Source: Kiloniellaceae bacterium
Lineage (GTDB): Bacteria; Pseudomonadota; Alphaproteobacteria; Kiloniellales; J153
Assembly (NCBI GenBank): GCA_021776135.1
Contig: JAJFGL010000016.1
Coordinates: forward strand, 30,922 to 94,921
Direction of reading: 5' to 3'
DNA: 64,000 bases
Shown here: piece after piece, positions 1-10,100 of the stretch
Position numbering within the stretch: position 1 is the first letter of the stretch
Layout: the number at the start of each line of letters is the position of its first letter
Position numbers and translations under genes: made by a program
The notes under the pieces: generated by a model
What the model was told of the DNA's origin: nothing
The model's database searches: none
Seen by the model: the letters and a program-made list of their open reading frames with translations, nothing else

Positions 1-64
1 GCTACGGGTCAAGCCGCCGCGCACCAGTTGAGTTTGTGGGCGCAATTGGGACAAGGGCATCGGC

Positions 65-493
65 TTAGCCTTGCCGCCACGGCAGGCCGGCGGCTTGCCA
101 CCCGGCTACCCGGCCACGATGGCCGTGTTCGTCGTGAGGCCCTTCGAAGCCATCCAAGACATTGTAGCAAGCGCCGTAACCTGCTGCCGTGAGCGCCTGG
201 GCAGCGGCAATCGAGCGCACGCCTGAACGGCACAGGAGATAAACCGGATCCTCCGGCGCCAGGCCCGCCGCCGCGGCCTCTTGCGCGAAGTCCTCGTTAA
301 CTTGCATGACCGGATAGTCCTGCCAGCATATGCACAGGGTCTGCTTGTCCAGGGACGCCAGAACCGGCAGGCCGATGAAGCTCCACTCGGGCCGGGTCCG
401 CACGTCGATCAGCCCCGCCTTGGGATCGCGCGCCAGGCTATCCCAGGCCTCGCGCGCCGTGACATCGCCCGCATAACCATTCGCCTTCGCCAT
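65..493 (-). CDS. Single-domain rhodanese-like sulfurtransferase
   Basis: ORF 65..574(-) trimmed to the ATG at 493 (MAKANGYAGD...). Rhodanese-type sequence with LIDVRTRPEW and active-site loop CRSGVRS. Confidence 0.8.
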   Translation of the reverse strand: MAKANGYAGDVTAREAWDSLARDPKAGLIDVRTRPEWSFIGLPVLASLDKQTLCICWQDYPVMQVNEDFAQEAAAAGLAPEDPVYLLCRSGVRSIAAAQALTAAGYGACYNVLDGFEGPHDEHGHRGRVAGWQAAGLPWRQG

Positions 494-518
494 GAATTTT
501 TCCCTTTCCCGCACACGC

Positions 519-551
519 AAAAAATCCGCCGCGACTGAAAGCCGGGCGGAT
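519..551 (-). terminator. Rho-independent terminator after the 666..1397 gene
   Basis: On the minus strand, stem ATCCGCC...GGCGGAT (extendable by 4 pairs with one bulge) is followed by TTTTTT. It lies about 115 nt after the stop at 666. Confidence 0.6.
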
Positions 552-665
552 CCATCCGCTCGCTTTAGCCGCATTTTTAAAGCGCCCGCAAGCTAAGCAT
601 CAAATCGGCGCTATGGGTTCAGGCAATAGGAGAGAGGCGCGGTTGTCAAGAAATATGTGAGGCCG

Positions 666-1397
666 TCAGGGGTACTTGCAGCGGTCGCCAGTGACCAGTA
701 CGAAGCCGCGGGTCGCCGCCGCTTTCACCGTGAAGCGGTATTCGTAGCCGCCGTGCACGACCGTGGCATGGATTGGCAATATGCCGGTTTCGCCCTTCAC
801 CCGGCCGCCAATGGCGGTGAAACGCGCCGTGACCGGCTTGGCCGTATCGAACCAGGCCTGGACCTGCCCGGTCCCGCTGACCGCCGATTCGCCCTGGGCG
901 GTGACCGTGATGGTTCCCTTGTCGTAGCTGACCGAATCGTTGGCACCGCTATAAAGTGGTGTCTGGACCAGGAACCGCTTGGTGGCGGGAACCGTTTCGC
1001 ACTCGCGCGGGTTATCGGCGCTGGCGATCAGGAATTCCAGACGCGCCAGCTTGACGCCCTTGTCGAGCTTGGCCTGCAACTGGCCCAGCAGCGCGGCCAT
1101 GCGGCCGGCCGGCACGTCTTTGTCGTAGCGGCCCTGCGCCGTGCGCAGGCGTTCCTCCAAAAGGATTTCGTTGGCCCGCAACTCCGTGTTCTGCTTTTGC
1201 AGTTCCGCCGTCTTGTCGCTTAGGGTCACGATCTCGCGGGCCAGGGTGTCGGCCTTGCGTTCGGCCAGGTCGATGCCGGTGCGGTAGGCGAAGACACCGG
1301 CGGCCAGTATCATCGCCAGGGTGAAGACCCACTTCAAAATCGTCCAGCGAAACCGTCTTTGACGGCGCTGCCGCGTTTCGTGCAATCCCAGGCTCAT
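666..1397 (-). CDS. Bitopic membrane protein with coiled-coil and beta-rich C-terminal domain, unknown function
   Basis: ORF 666..1436(-). I prefer the ATG at 1397 (MSLGLHE...), which follows AAGGGAGA. Basic stretch RQRRQRRFR, then TM helix WVFTLAMILAAGVFAY, then a heptad-like region. I recognise no family. Confidence 0.55.
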   Translation of the reverse strand: MSLGLHETRQRRQRRFRWTILKWVFTLAMILAAGVFAYRTGIDLAERKADTLAREIVTLSDKTAELQKQNTELRANEILLEERLRTAQGRYDKDVPAGRMAALLGQLQAKLDKGVKLARLEFLIASADNPRECETVPATKRFLVQTPLYSGANDSVSYDKGTITVTAQGESAVSGTGQVQAWFDTAKPVTARFTAIGGRVKGETGILPIHATVVHGGYEYRFTVKAAATRGFVLVTGDRCKYP

Positions 1398-1520
1398 CGG
1401 TATACGTATCTCCCTTAAAGGACCAAACCTAGACATCGCGGCGAAATGCGTAAAGCCCGGCGGGCTGGCGCCGGGCTGGAAGACTCACCTATACTACAAA
1501 AAAACAAAGGAGTACGACCC

Positions 1521-2147
1521 TTGCCCGGCGACCACGGCCACGATCATAGCGACGTACCCTCGGACTTGGCCCTGCGGGTCAAGGCGTTGGAATCCCTTCT
1601 GGTCGAAAAGGGGCTGGTCGATCCGGCGGCCCTGGACGTCCTGATCGACACTTACGAGACCAAGGTCGGGCCGCGTAACGGCGCCAAGGTCGTGGCCCGG
1701 GCCTGGAGCGACCCCGCCTACAAGGCGCGGCTCTTGAGCCAGGCCGGCAAGGCGATCGCCGAATTCGGCTTCACCGGCCGCCAGGGCGAGGACATGATCG
1801 CGGTCGAAAACACCGATACGACCCACAACATGGTCGTCTGCACTCTGTGTTCCTGCTATCCCTGGCCGGTCCTGGGCCTGCCGCCGGTGTGGTACAAGGC
1901 GGCGCCCTACCGGGCCCGGGCCGTGCGCGACCCGCGCGGGGTGCTTAAGGACTTCGGCGTCACCCTGCCGAAAAGCACCGAGATCCGGGTTTGGGATTCG
2001 ACCGCCGAGCTGCGCTATCTGGTCCTGCCCCAGCGTCCGGCGGGCACGGATGGTCTGAGCGAGGATGAGCTTGCCAACTTGGTCACCCGGGATTCCATGA
2101 TCGGCACCGGCCTGGCGAAAACCCCCGGCCAAGGAGGCGCGCCATGA
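1521..2147 (+). CDS. nthA: Nitrile hydratase alpha subunit, cobalt type
   Basis: Metal-binding claw VCTLCSC (Thr marks the Co type) followed by [10 protein letters not shown]. The likely start is TTG 1521, 8 nt after AAAGGAG (1506-1512); the track ORF starts at ATG 1446. The stop overlaps the beta subunit start (ATGA). Confidence 0.9.
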   Translation: MPGDHGHDHSDVPSDLALRVKALESLLVEKGLVDPAALDVLIDTYETKVGPRNGAKVVARAWSDPAYKARLLSQAGKAIAEFGFTGRQGEDMIAVENTDTTHNMVVCTLCSCYPWPVLGLPPVWYKAAPYRARAVRDPRGVLKDFGVTLPKSTEIRVWDSTAELRYLVLPQRPAGTDGLSEDELANLVTRDSMIGTGLAKTPGQGGAP

Positions 2148-2767
2148 ACGGCGCCCACGACCTGGGCGGCATGGATGGTTTCGGCCCGGTCGATCCGGAC
2201 CCGGCGCAGCCGGTTTTCAAGGCCGCGTGGGAACGCCGCGTCTTCGCCATGACGGTCGCCACGGGTTTCCTGGGGCAATGGAACATCGACAAGTCGCGTC
2301 ACGCCCGCGAACGCATGGATCCGGCGGAATACCTGGCGACAAGCTATTACGAACATTGGCTGCACGGCCTGGAAACCCTGCTGGCGGAGACCGGGATTCT
2401 GGAAACCGCCCCGGCGAAACCGGCCCTGAAAGCCGATCAGGTCGAAGCTACTCTGCGCAAAGGCGCCACGGCGCGCCTGCTTGACGAGGTTGCGCCCAAG
2501 TTCACCCCCGGCCAGCGGGTCACGGTGCGCAATCTCAACCCCACCGGCCATACCCGGGCGCCGCGTTATATCCGCGGGCGCAGCGGCACGATCGACCGCG
2601 ATCACGGCGTTTTCGTGTTTCCCGACACCAACGCCGCCGGAACCGGCGCCTCGCCCCAGCACGTCTACAGCGTGCGTTTCGAGGCCCGCGACGTCTGGGG
2701 CCCGGAAGACACCCAGGGCGCTACGGTTTACATCGATCTGTGGGATGACTACCTGGAGCCGGCATGA
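2144..2767 (+). CDS. nthB: Nitrile hydratase beta subunit
   Basis: N-terminus [16 protein letters not shown] and C-terminal ...[15 protein letters not shown]...YSVRF...[10 protein letters not shown] are typical of NHase beta. Translationally coupled to alpha. Confidence 0.9.
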   Translation: MNGAHDLGGMDGFGPVDPDPAQPVFKAAWERRVFAMTVATGFLGQWNIDKSRHARERMDPAEYLATSYYEHWLHGLETLLAETGILETAPAKPALKADQVEATLRKGATARLLDEVAPKFTPGQRVTVRNLNPTGHTRAPRYIRGRSGTIDRDHGVFVFPDTNAAGTGASPQHVYSVRFEARDVWGPEDTQGATVYIDLWDDYLEPA

Positions 2768-3117
2768 CTAAGCCGCCGCCCTTGCCCGGCCAAGCGGTGG
2801 ACGAGGCCGGCCCGGTGTTTCGCGAGCCCTGGGAGGCCCAGGCCTTCGCCCTGGCGGTCGAGCTGTCCCAAGCCGGGCATTTCACTTGGGATGAATGGGC
2901 CAGCGCCCTGGCCACGGAAATCGCGGCCGCCCAGGCGGCCGGCGATCCGGACCTGGGCGATACCTACTACCGGCACTGGCTGGCGGCGCTGGAACGCCTG
3001 GCCGCCGAAAAGGGCTTGGCGGCCCCGTGCGACATGCGCGCGCGCCGCGATGCCTGGGAAGCGGCCTACCGCGCCACCCCCCACGGGCAGCCGGTAAATT
3101 TGAAGGAAAACGCGTAA
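2764..3117 (+). CDS. Nitrile hydratase accessory (activator) protein
   Basis: 117 aa and beta-subunit-like (FREPWEAQAFALAVEL...YYRHWLAALERL). ATGA overlap with nthB; sits in the usual position of the NHase metallochaperone. Confidence 0.8.
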   Translation: MTKPPPLPGQAVDEAGPVFREPWEAQAFALAVELSQAGHFTWDEWASALATEIAAAQAAGDPDLGDTYYRHWLAALERLAAEKGLAAPCDMRARRDAWEAAYRATPHGQPVNLKENA

Positions 3118-3203
3118 GTCCGGTCTTGGTCCAGGGCCGGGCGGGCGCCCATTACCTTCTTTCGGGGTTTTCGCGATTTATTCTTGGCGGCGCCCGACCG
3201 TTT

Positions 3204-3251
3204 CCCTGGTTCTCTAGCTCCCTGGTTCTCTAGCTCCCCGGTTCCCTAGCC
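3204..3251. repeat. 16-bp tandem repeat x3 (CCCTGGTTCTCTAGCT, CCCTGGTTCTCTAGCT, CCCCGGTTCCCTAGCC)
   Basis: Read directly from the sequence. The third copy overlaps the stop codon of the SleB-like gene. Confidence 0.9.
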
Positions 3252-3908
3252 GTCGATCCGGCGGCTGGCCACGCGGGCGTCCTTGGCCACCGCGCTGTAG
3301 AAGAGATGACGGCCGATCTTGGGGCCGGCCTTGAAATCCTTGCGCCAAGACGGGCTGACGTAGTCGGCGTGGTACCACTGGGCGCCTTCGGTCGGATCGG
3401 TCGAGCGACCCCAGTACACGTTGAGAGCGATTTCGTTGCTGCGCCGCCATTCGGTCTTGTTGCGCGGCTTGTCGCTGCGCCCGTCGCACCACCAGCTAAA
3501 CTGGCAACGGTGGCGGCGGACCTCGCCGCCCTGGCGGATCACGGCGCAAATGGTGTCGGGAAAGCGGGCGCCCGCGACCCGGTTCAAAACCACATGGCCG
3601 ACCGCGAACTTGCCCCGATCAGGCTCACCCCGGGCCTCGAAATAGATATTGAGGGCCAGGCAAGCGATCTCATCCCTGGGGTCGGCTTGGGTGGGCCGCT
3701 CGAAGACCATGGCCTTCCCAGGATCGGCGGCGCCAAGCTTGGTCTGCGCGTTCAGGCCCAAGGCGCCATAGGCGGGTTGCAGATCCATGGCCGCCGGTTC
3801 GGCCATGGCGTCGGCGTTCAAATAGGCGCCATAGAAGGCCAGACCCGCCCAAATCGCCCTACGGAGAACCTTTCGGCCGCTCAGCTTCATGCTTCGAGTT
3901 TCAATCAT
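3246..3908 (-). CDS. Cell-wall hydrolase, SleB/Hydrolase_2 family, secreted
   Basis: N-terminal signal-like segment, then ALNIYFEARGEP...VGHVVLNRV...FPDTICAVI...CQFSWWCDG...WYHADYVSPSW, characteristic of SleB-type hydrolases. Confidence 0.8.
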   Translation of the reverse strand: MIETRSMKLSGRKVLRRAIWAGLAFYGAYLNADAMAEPAAMDLQPAYGALGLNAQTKLGAADPGKAMVFERPTQADPRDEIACLALNIYFEARGEPDRGKFAVGHVVLNRVAGARFPDTICAVIRQGGEVRRHRCQFSWWCDGRSDKPRNKTEWRRSNEIALNVYWGRSTDPTEGAQWYHADYVSPSWRKDFKAGPKIGRHLFYSAVAKDARVASRRIDG

Positions 3909-4087
3909 GGCAATACTTCCCTATTCCCGTGAAACGCTGGCCTGGGTTTCGCCTTGTCCGTGGCGCGGTGGCTTTCCGCCGCCTCAATTACCCTGGCTAA
4001 TTTCGCGACAACAAGGCGAGATTATGGCAAGATTTAAGAGAAAGTCAAATAAATAGTAAGAGTAAATAAATCTTTATGACTATTATA

Positions 4088-4116
4088 TTAACATTACTTG
4101 CAATTTTAACTATATA
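4088..4116 (+). promoter_or_regulatory. Candidate sigma70-type promoter for uvrB (TTAACA-N17-TATATA)
   Basis: -35-like TTAACA at 4088-4093, a 17-nt spacer, and -10-like TATATA at 4111-4116, inside the AT-rich island. Sequence match only. Confidence 0.3.
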
Positions 4117-4268
4117 AACCGCCGTTCTCTGCGATTTATTCTTATAGTTAATTTTACCTATATTATTAACCGGGAATTTACCGGCCGGCTTTGGGCCTGG
4201 GCGGCCGCGATTCCGGCGCCGCCCGGCGGGCCCTGGAACGGCGGCCTCAAAAGGGGCATATAGGGGGG

Positions 4269-6446
<2,178 letters not shown>

Positions 6447-6473
6447 AGTTATCCGTCAGCGAGGTTGTAACTC

Positions 6474-7010
6474 ATGACCCACTTTCCCTTCATGGCGCGT
6501 TTCAATGCCTGGGCCAACGCGCGGCTTTACGCTTGCGTCGCGGAATTACCGGAGGATGAGTACCGGCGCGATTGCGGGCTGTTCTTTAAATCGATCCACG
6601 GCACCCTCAATCACATCCTGCTGGTCGACCGTGTGTGGACCCGGCGCATCGAAGCCATGGATCACGGCCTGAGCGCGCTCGATCAAATCCTTTACGGCGA
6701 CTTCGCGGAGCTGCGCAAAGCTCAGCGCGACGAGAACGCCCGCCTGATCGAACTGACCGGCAGCTTGACCGCCCAGGAACTGGCGCGGCCCTTGCGCTAC
6801 CGCCGCATGATCGAGACCGGCATGGAGGAAGCGCGCCTCGACCACGTCCTGCTGACCCTGTTCAATCACCAGACCCACCACCGGGGCCAGGTGACCGCCG
6901 CCCTGACCCAGGCCGGGGTAACGCCGCCGCCCCTGGATGTGGGTTTCTATACCGAAGAAACCGGCCAAAGCGGCGATCCCGGAAGCGTGAAGGCGCAGGA
7001 AGGTGCATGA
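6474..7010 (+). CDS. DinB-family (DinB_2/YfiT-like) metalloprotein
   Basis: FNAWANARLY...HGTLNHILLVDRVW...FNHQTHHRGQV gives the DinB four-helix His triad pattern. It starts 27 nt after uvrB. Confidence 0.75.
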   Translation: MTHFPFMARFNAWANARLYACVAELPEDEYRRDCGLFFKSIHGTLNHILLVDRVWTRRIEAMDHGLSALDQILYGDFAELRKAQRDENARLIELTGSLTAQELARPLRYRRMIETGMEEARLDHVLLTLFNHQTHHRGQVTAALTQAGVTPPPLDVGFYTEETGQSGDPGSVKAQEGA

Positions 7011-7061
7011 CCCGACGTTTCCAGTTAGCCTTATCTTTTACCGCTTAAAGGAACCGCCGCC

Positions 7062-7853
7062 GTGATCGTCACCCAAATCTGGACCGCCAACAACTATCGC
7101 AATTTCAACTATCTGATTGCCTGCCCTGAAACGGGCGAGGCCCTGGCCATCGACCCGCTGGATCACCGGAAATGCCTGGCCGCCGCCAAGGAGGCCGGTT
7201 GGGTCATCACCCAGGTGCTCAACACCCACGAGCACGGCGACCATACCGGCGGCAACAAGTCCGTGATCGCGGCCACGGGCGCCAAGCTGCTGGCCCATAA
7301 GAACGCCAAGAACGCCATTCCGGGCATGGACCGGGGCCTGGGCGCCGGCGACGTGGTCAAGGTCGGCAAAACCGTCGAACTGGAAGTTCTGGACACCCCC
7401 GGCCATACCATGAGCCATGTCTGCCTGCTGTCTCGCACCGACACCCCGTCCCTGTTCTGCGGCGACACCCTGTTCAATGCCGGGGCCGGCAACTGCCACA
7501 ACGGTGGCCATCCGAACGAGTTATTCCACACTTTCGCGAGCCAACTGGCCAAGCTGCCGGATACGACCCTGGTTTATCCAGGCCATGATTACATCGCCAA
7601 TAACCTGCAATTCACCCTCGACCGGGAACCGGACAACGCCAGGGCACAAGCCCTCCTCGGTGAGGTCGAAACGCAAAACCCCGGCAAGGCCAAGGTCACC
7701 ACCCTGGCCCTGGAGAAGGAGATCAACACCTTCTTCCGCCTGCACTCCCCCAGCGTGATCGCCCGCCTACGCGAAGCCTTTCCTGACCTGCCGGAGCAAC
7801 CGGACGAGAAAACCGTGTTCGTGAAGCTGCGTGAATTACGCAACTCCTGGTAG
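7062..7853 (+). CDS. gloB: Hydroxyacylglutathione hydrolase-like MBL-fold hydrolase
   Basis: GTG start after AAAGGAA. Metallo-beta-lactamase motif THEHGDHTGG, then TPGHT and YPGHDY. Confidence 0.75.
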   Translation: MIVTQIWTANNYRNFNYLIACPETGEALAIDPLDHRKCLAAAKEAGWVITQVLNTHEHGDHTGGNKSVIAATGAKLLAHKNAKNAIPGMDRGLGAGDVVKVGKTVELEVLDTPGHTMSHVCLLSRTDTPSLFCGDTLFNAGAGNCHNGGHPNELFHTFASQLAKLPDTTLVYPGHDYIANNLQFTLDREPDNARAQALLGEVETQNPGKAKVTTLALEKEINTFFRLHSPSVIARLREAFPDLPEQPDEKTVFVKLRELRNSW

Positions 7854-8009
7854 TATTTTCTATGGATTTCTTCATTTTGAATTTGTAGTCAAACGCCCTG
7901 GCGGCGCACTACGGGTTAAAACATTTGTGCTAAATGCCGAATTCAACCGCTTGGCAAGCAAGCCCGCCTAGAATGACCTTCAACCCGGTCAAGATGGCAA
8001 AAACCGCCC

Positions 8010-8435
8010 ATGAAACGCCGCCCCGCCTGGCTACCTCCCTCTGCTCTAGTCCTGGCAATCCTTGCCGCCGGGACCGCCAGCGGCTGCGCCCTGGCCGAGC
8101 GGGCCGAGGCGCTTTTCATGCGTCAGCAAAGCGCGCAAGGCTCCCTGGCCGACACCGTCATCGAGGTCGAGACGGCGCAACCGCTCCTGGCCGCGCGGCT
8201 GTACGGGCTCGAAGACGATCTGCACGCGGCCTGCCGCCCCCTGCGCGAGGCCAGCCTGCGCCGCCTCGAGGGGCAGGACTTGGGCTCGGAGCTTGAATGG
8301 GCGGTCATGGTCTCGCTTCAAGACTGCGAAACCACGACCCGCACGGTCGAACACACGGTCCAGCAAGCCGAGGCCGGAACCCTGGGCGAAGGCGCGATGG
8401 CAGTATCTGCCGCCGAGGATACCGAGAGCCGGTAA
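8010..8435 (+). CDS. Putative lipoprotein, unknown function
   Basis: Signal peptide with lipobox (LAILAAGTASGC). No recognisable domain. Confidence 0.5.
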   Translation: MKRRPAWLPPSALVLAILAAGTASGCALAERAEALFMRQQSAQGSLADTVIEVETAQPLLAARLYGLEDDLHAACRPLREASLRRLEGQDLGSELEWAVMVSLQDCETTTRTVEHTVQQAEAGTLGEGAMAVSAAEDTESR

Positions 8436-8518
8436 CCGTGCCGTGAACGGCCGGCCCTGTTTTCCTTATCTCCCAAACCCCATATTGATAGTCTTGGGAC
8501 ATTTTGGAGATTTGCGCC

Positions 8519-8938
8519 ATGACGGACGACAGCGGCCAAGCCAAGCTTCACAAGTCCGACGAGGACTGGAAGCGCCTCTTGACCCCGGAACAATTCAAGG
8601 TGACCCGGCTCAAGGCGACCGAGCGCCCCTTCTCCGGCGAATACAACGACTGCAAGACACCGGGCACCTATGGCTGTGTGTGCTGCGGTCAGGCCCTTTT
8701 CTCCTCCAAGGCCAAATTCGATTCGGGGTCCGGCTGGCCCTCCTTCACCGCGCCGGTGGATGAAAACGCGGTCGCGACCGAAACCGACCGCAGCCTATGG
8801 ATGACGCGCACGGAGGTATTGTGCGCGCGCTGCAGCGCCCATCTCGGACACGTTTTCGAGGACGGCCCGGCGCCAAGCGGCCAGCGCTTCTGCATGAACT
8901 CGGCGGCCCTGACCTTGAAACCGGCGGACGCGGATTAA
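8519..8938 (+). CDS. msrB: Peptide-methionine (R)-S-oxide reductase
   Basis: SelR motifs: CVCCGQALF, GWPSF, CARCSAHLGHVFEDGP, RFCMNS. The ATG at 8519 follows GGAG. Confidence 0.9.
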   Translation: MTDDSGQAKLHKSDEDWKRLLTPEQFKVTRLKATERPFSGEYNDCKTPGTYGCVCCGQALFSSKAKFDSGSGWPSFTAPVDENAVATETDRSLWMTRTEVLCARCSAHLGHVFEDGPAPSGQRFCMNSAALTLKPADAD

Positions 8939-9121
8939 AATATCGCCTCGGCGGGGCGTAAACACGCTGTTTCATTGAAATTTCGGACTATCGAGGGCAT
9001 GTAAGGGGCTGCCGCGGGCGTCCCACGCGGTTGCCCGCGCCCCTTCAGGCCGGGATTTCTTGGGGAAGAAATAATAACCAGGACGGCCCGGCCACGCCGG
9101 GTGGGAACAAAGACGGTCTGA

Positions 9122-10096
9122 ATGCAATATATTCTCGTGGCGGCGGGTCTTTCACTGCTGCTTCTCGGCGGCGAGATGCTGGTTCGGGGCGCCGTCGATC
9201 TGGCGCGCCGGCTGGGCGTGCCGCCTCTGGTCATCGGGCTGACCATCGTCGCCTATGGGACCGGCGCGCCGGAACTCCTGGTCAGTCTGGAGGCGAGCTT
9301 CGCCGGCTCCCCCGGAATCGCCATCGGCAACATCGTCGGATCGAACATCGCCAACATACTGCTGATCGTCGGCTGCAGCGCCCTAATCAGCCCCATCGTC
9401 TGCACCCACGGGTCGATCAATTTCAACGGCCTGATGATGCTGGGCGCGACGGCCCTTTTCGTGGTCCTGGGTTATAGCGGCGCGATCACGCCCTGGGACG
9501 CCTTGCCGATGCTTGCGATTCTGATCGCCTTTACCCTCTACAGCTACATCTCCAGCGGTAAATCGCCGGAAGCGGTGGCGGAGGCCGAGGCCGATCTGGA
9601 CGCCGATGGTTTCCACGGCATCCCCGTTTCACGATCCAAGGCATCCGCCATCCTTCTCGCCGGCTTGGTTTGCGTGGCGCTGGGCAGCCACATGCTGGTC
9701 ATGGGCGCCGTCGATATCGCGCGCAGCTTCGGCATTTCCGAAGCGACCATCGGCCTGACGCTGGTCGCCCTTGGAACCTCCCTGCCGGAACTGGCGACCG
9801 CGGTCGTCGCCGCCTACCGGCGCCATTCCGATGTCGCCCTAGGTAATGTCGTCGGCTCGAACATTTTCAATATTCTGGGCATCATGGGCATCGTACCCTT
9901 GTTCGGGGCCCTGGACGTACCGGCCGCCGTGGTGAATTTCGATTTTTGGGTCATGCTGGGCGCGACCGCCGTCTTCGTCGGTATGACCGCGTTCTGCGTC
10001 AAGATCGGCCGCCTCATGGCCAGCATTTTCCTCTTGGGCTACCTTGCCTATATCGCCTGCCACTACTTCGGCATCTCGGCCATGGCCATGGGTTAA
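9122..10096 (+). CDS. Ca2+/Na+ antiporter, CaCA (YrbG-like) family
   Basis: Two alpha-repeats (GLTIVAYGTGAPEL and GLTLVALGTSLPEL) and a polytopic hydrophobic profile. Confidence 0.85.
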   Translation: MQYILVAAGLSLLLLGGEMLVRGAVDLARRLGVPPLVIGLTIVAYGTGAPELLVSLEASFAGSPGIAIGNIVGSNIANILLIVGCSALISPIVCTHGSINFNGLMMLGATALFVVLGYSGAITPWDALPMLAILIAFTLYSYISSGKSPEAVAEAEADLDADGFHGIPVSRSKASAILLAGLVCVALGSHMLVMGAVDIARSFGISEATIGLTLVALGTSLPELATAVVAAYRRHSDVALGNVVGSNIFNILGIMGIVPLFGALDVPAAVVNFDFWVMLGATAVFVGMTAFCVKIGRLMASIFLLGYLAYIACHYFGISAMAMG

Positions 10097-10100
10097 AGCA

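Noticed and set aside
4024-4056. Mini-ORF ATG GCA AGA TTT AAG AGA AAG TCA AAT AAA TAG (MARFKRKSNK) in the AT-rich island
   Set aside because: Short ORFs arise readily in AT-rich DNA. There is no convincing SD and no supporting evidence.
4088-4170. TTAAC...TTAAC pairs in the uvrB upstream island, considered as CtrA boxes
   Set aside because: The spacing is 13-14 nt rather than the N7 of the CtrA consensus.
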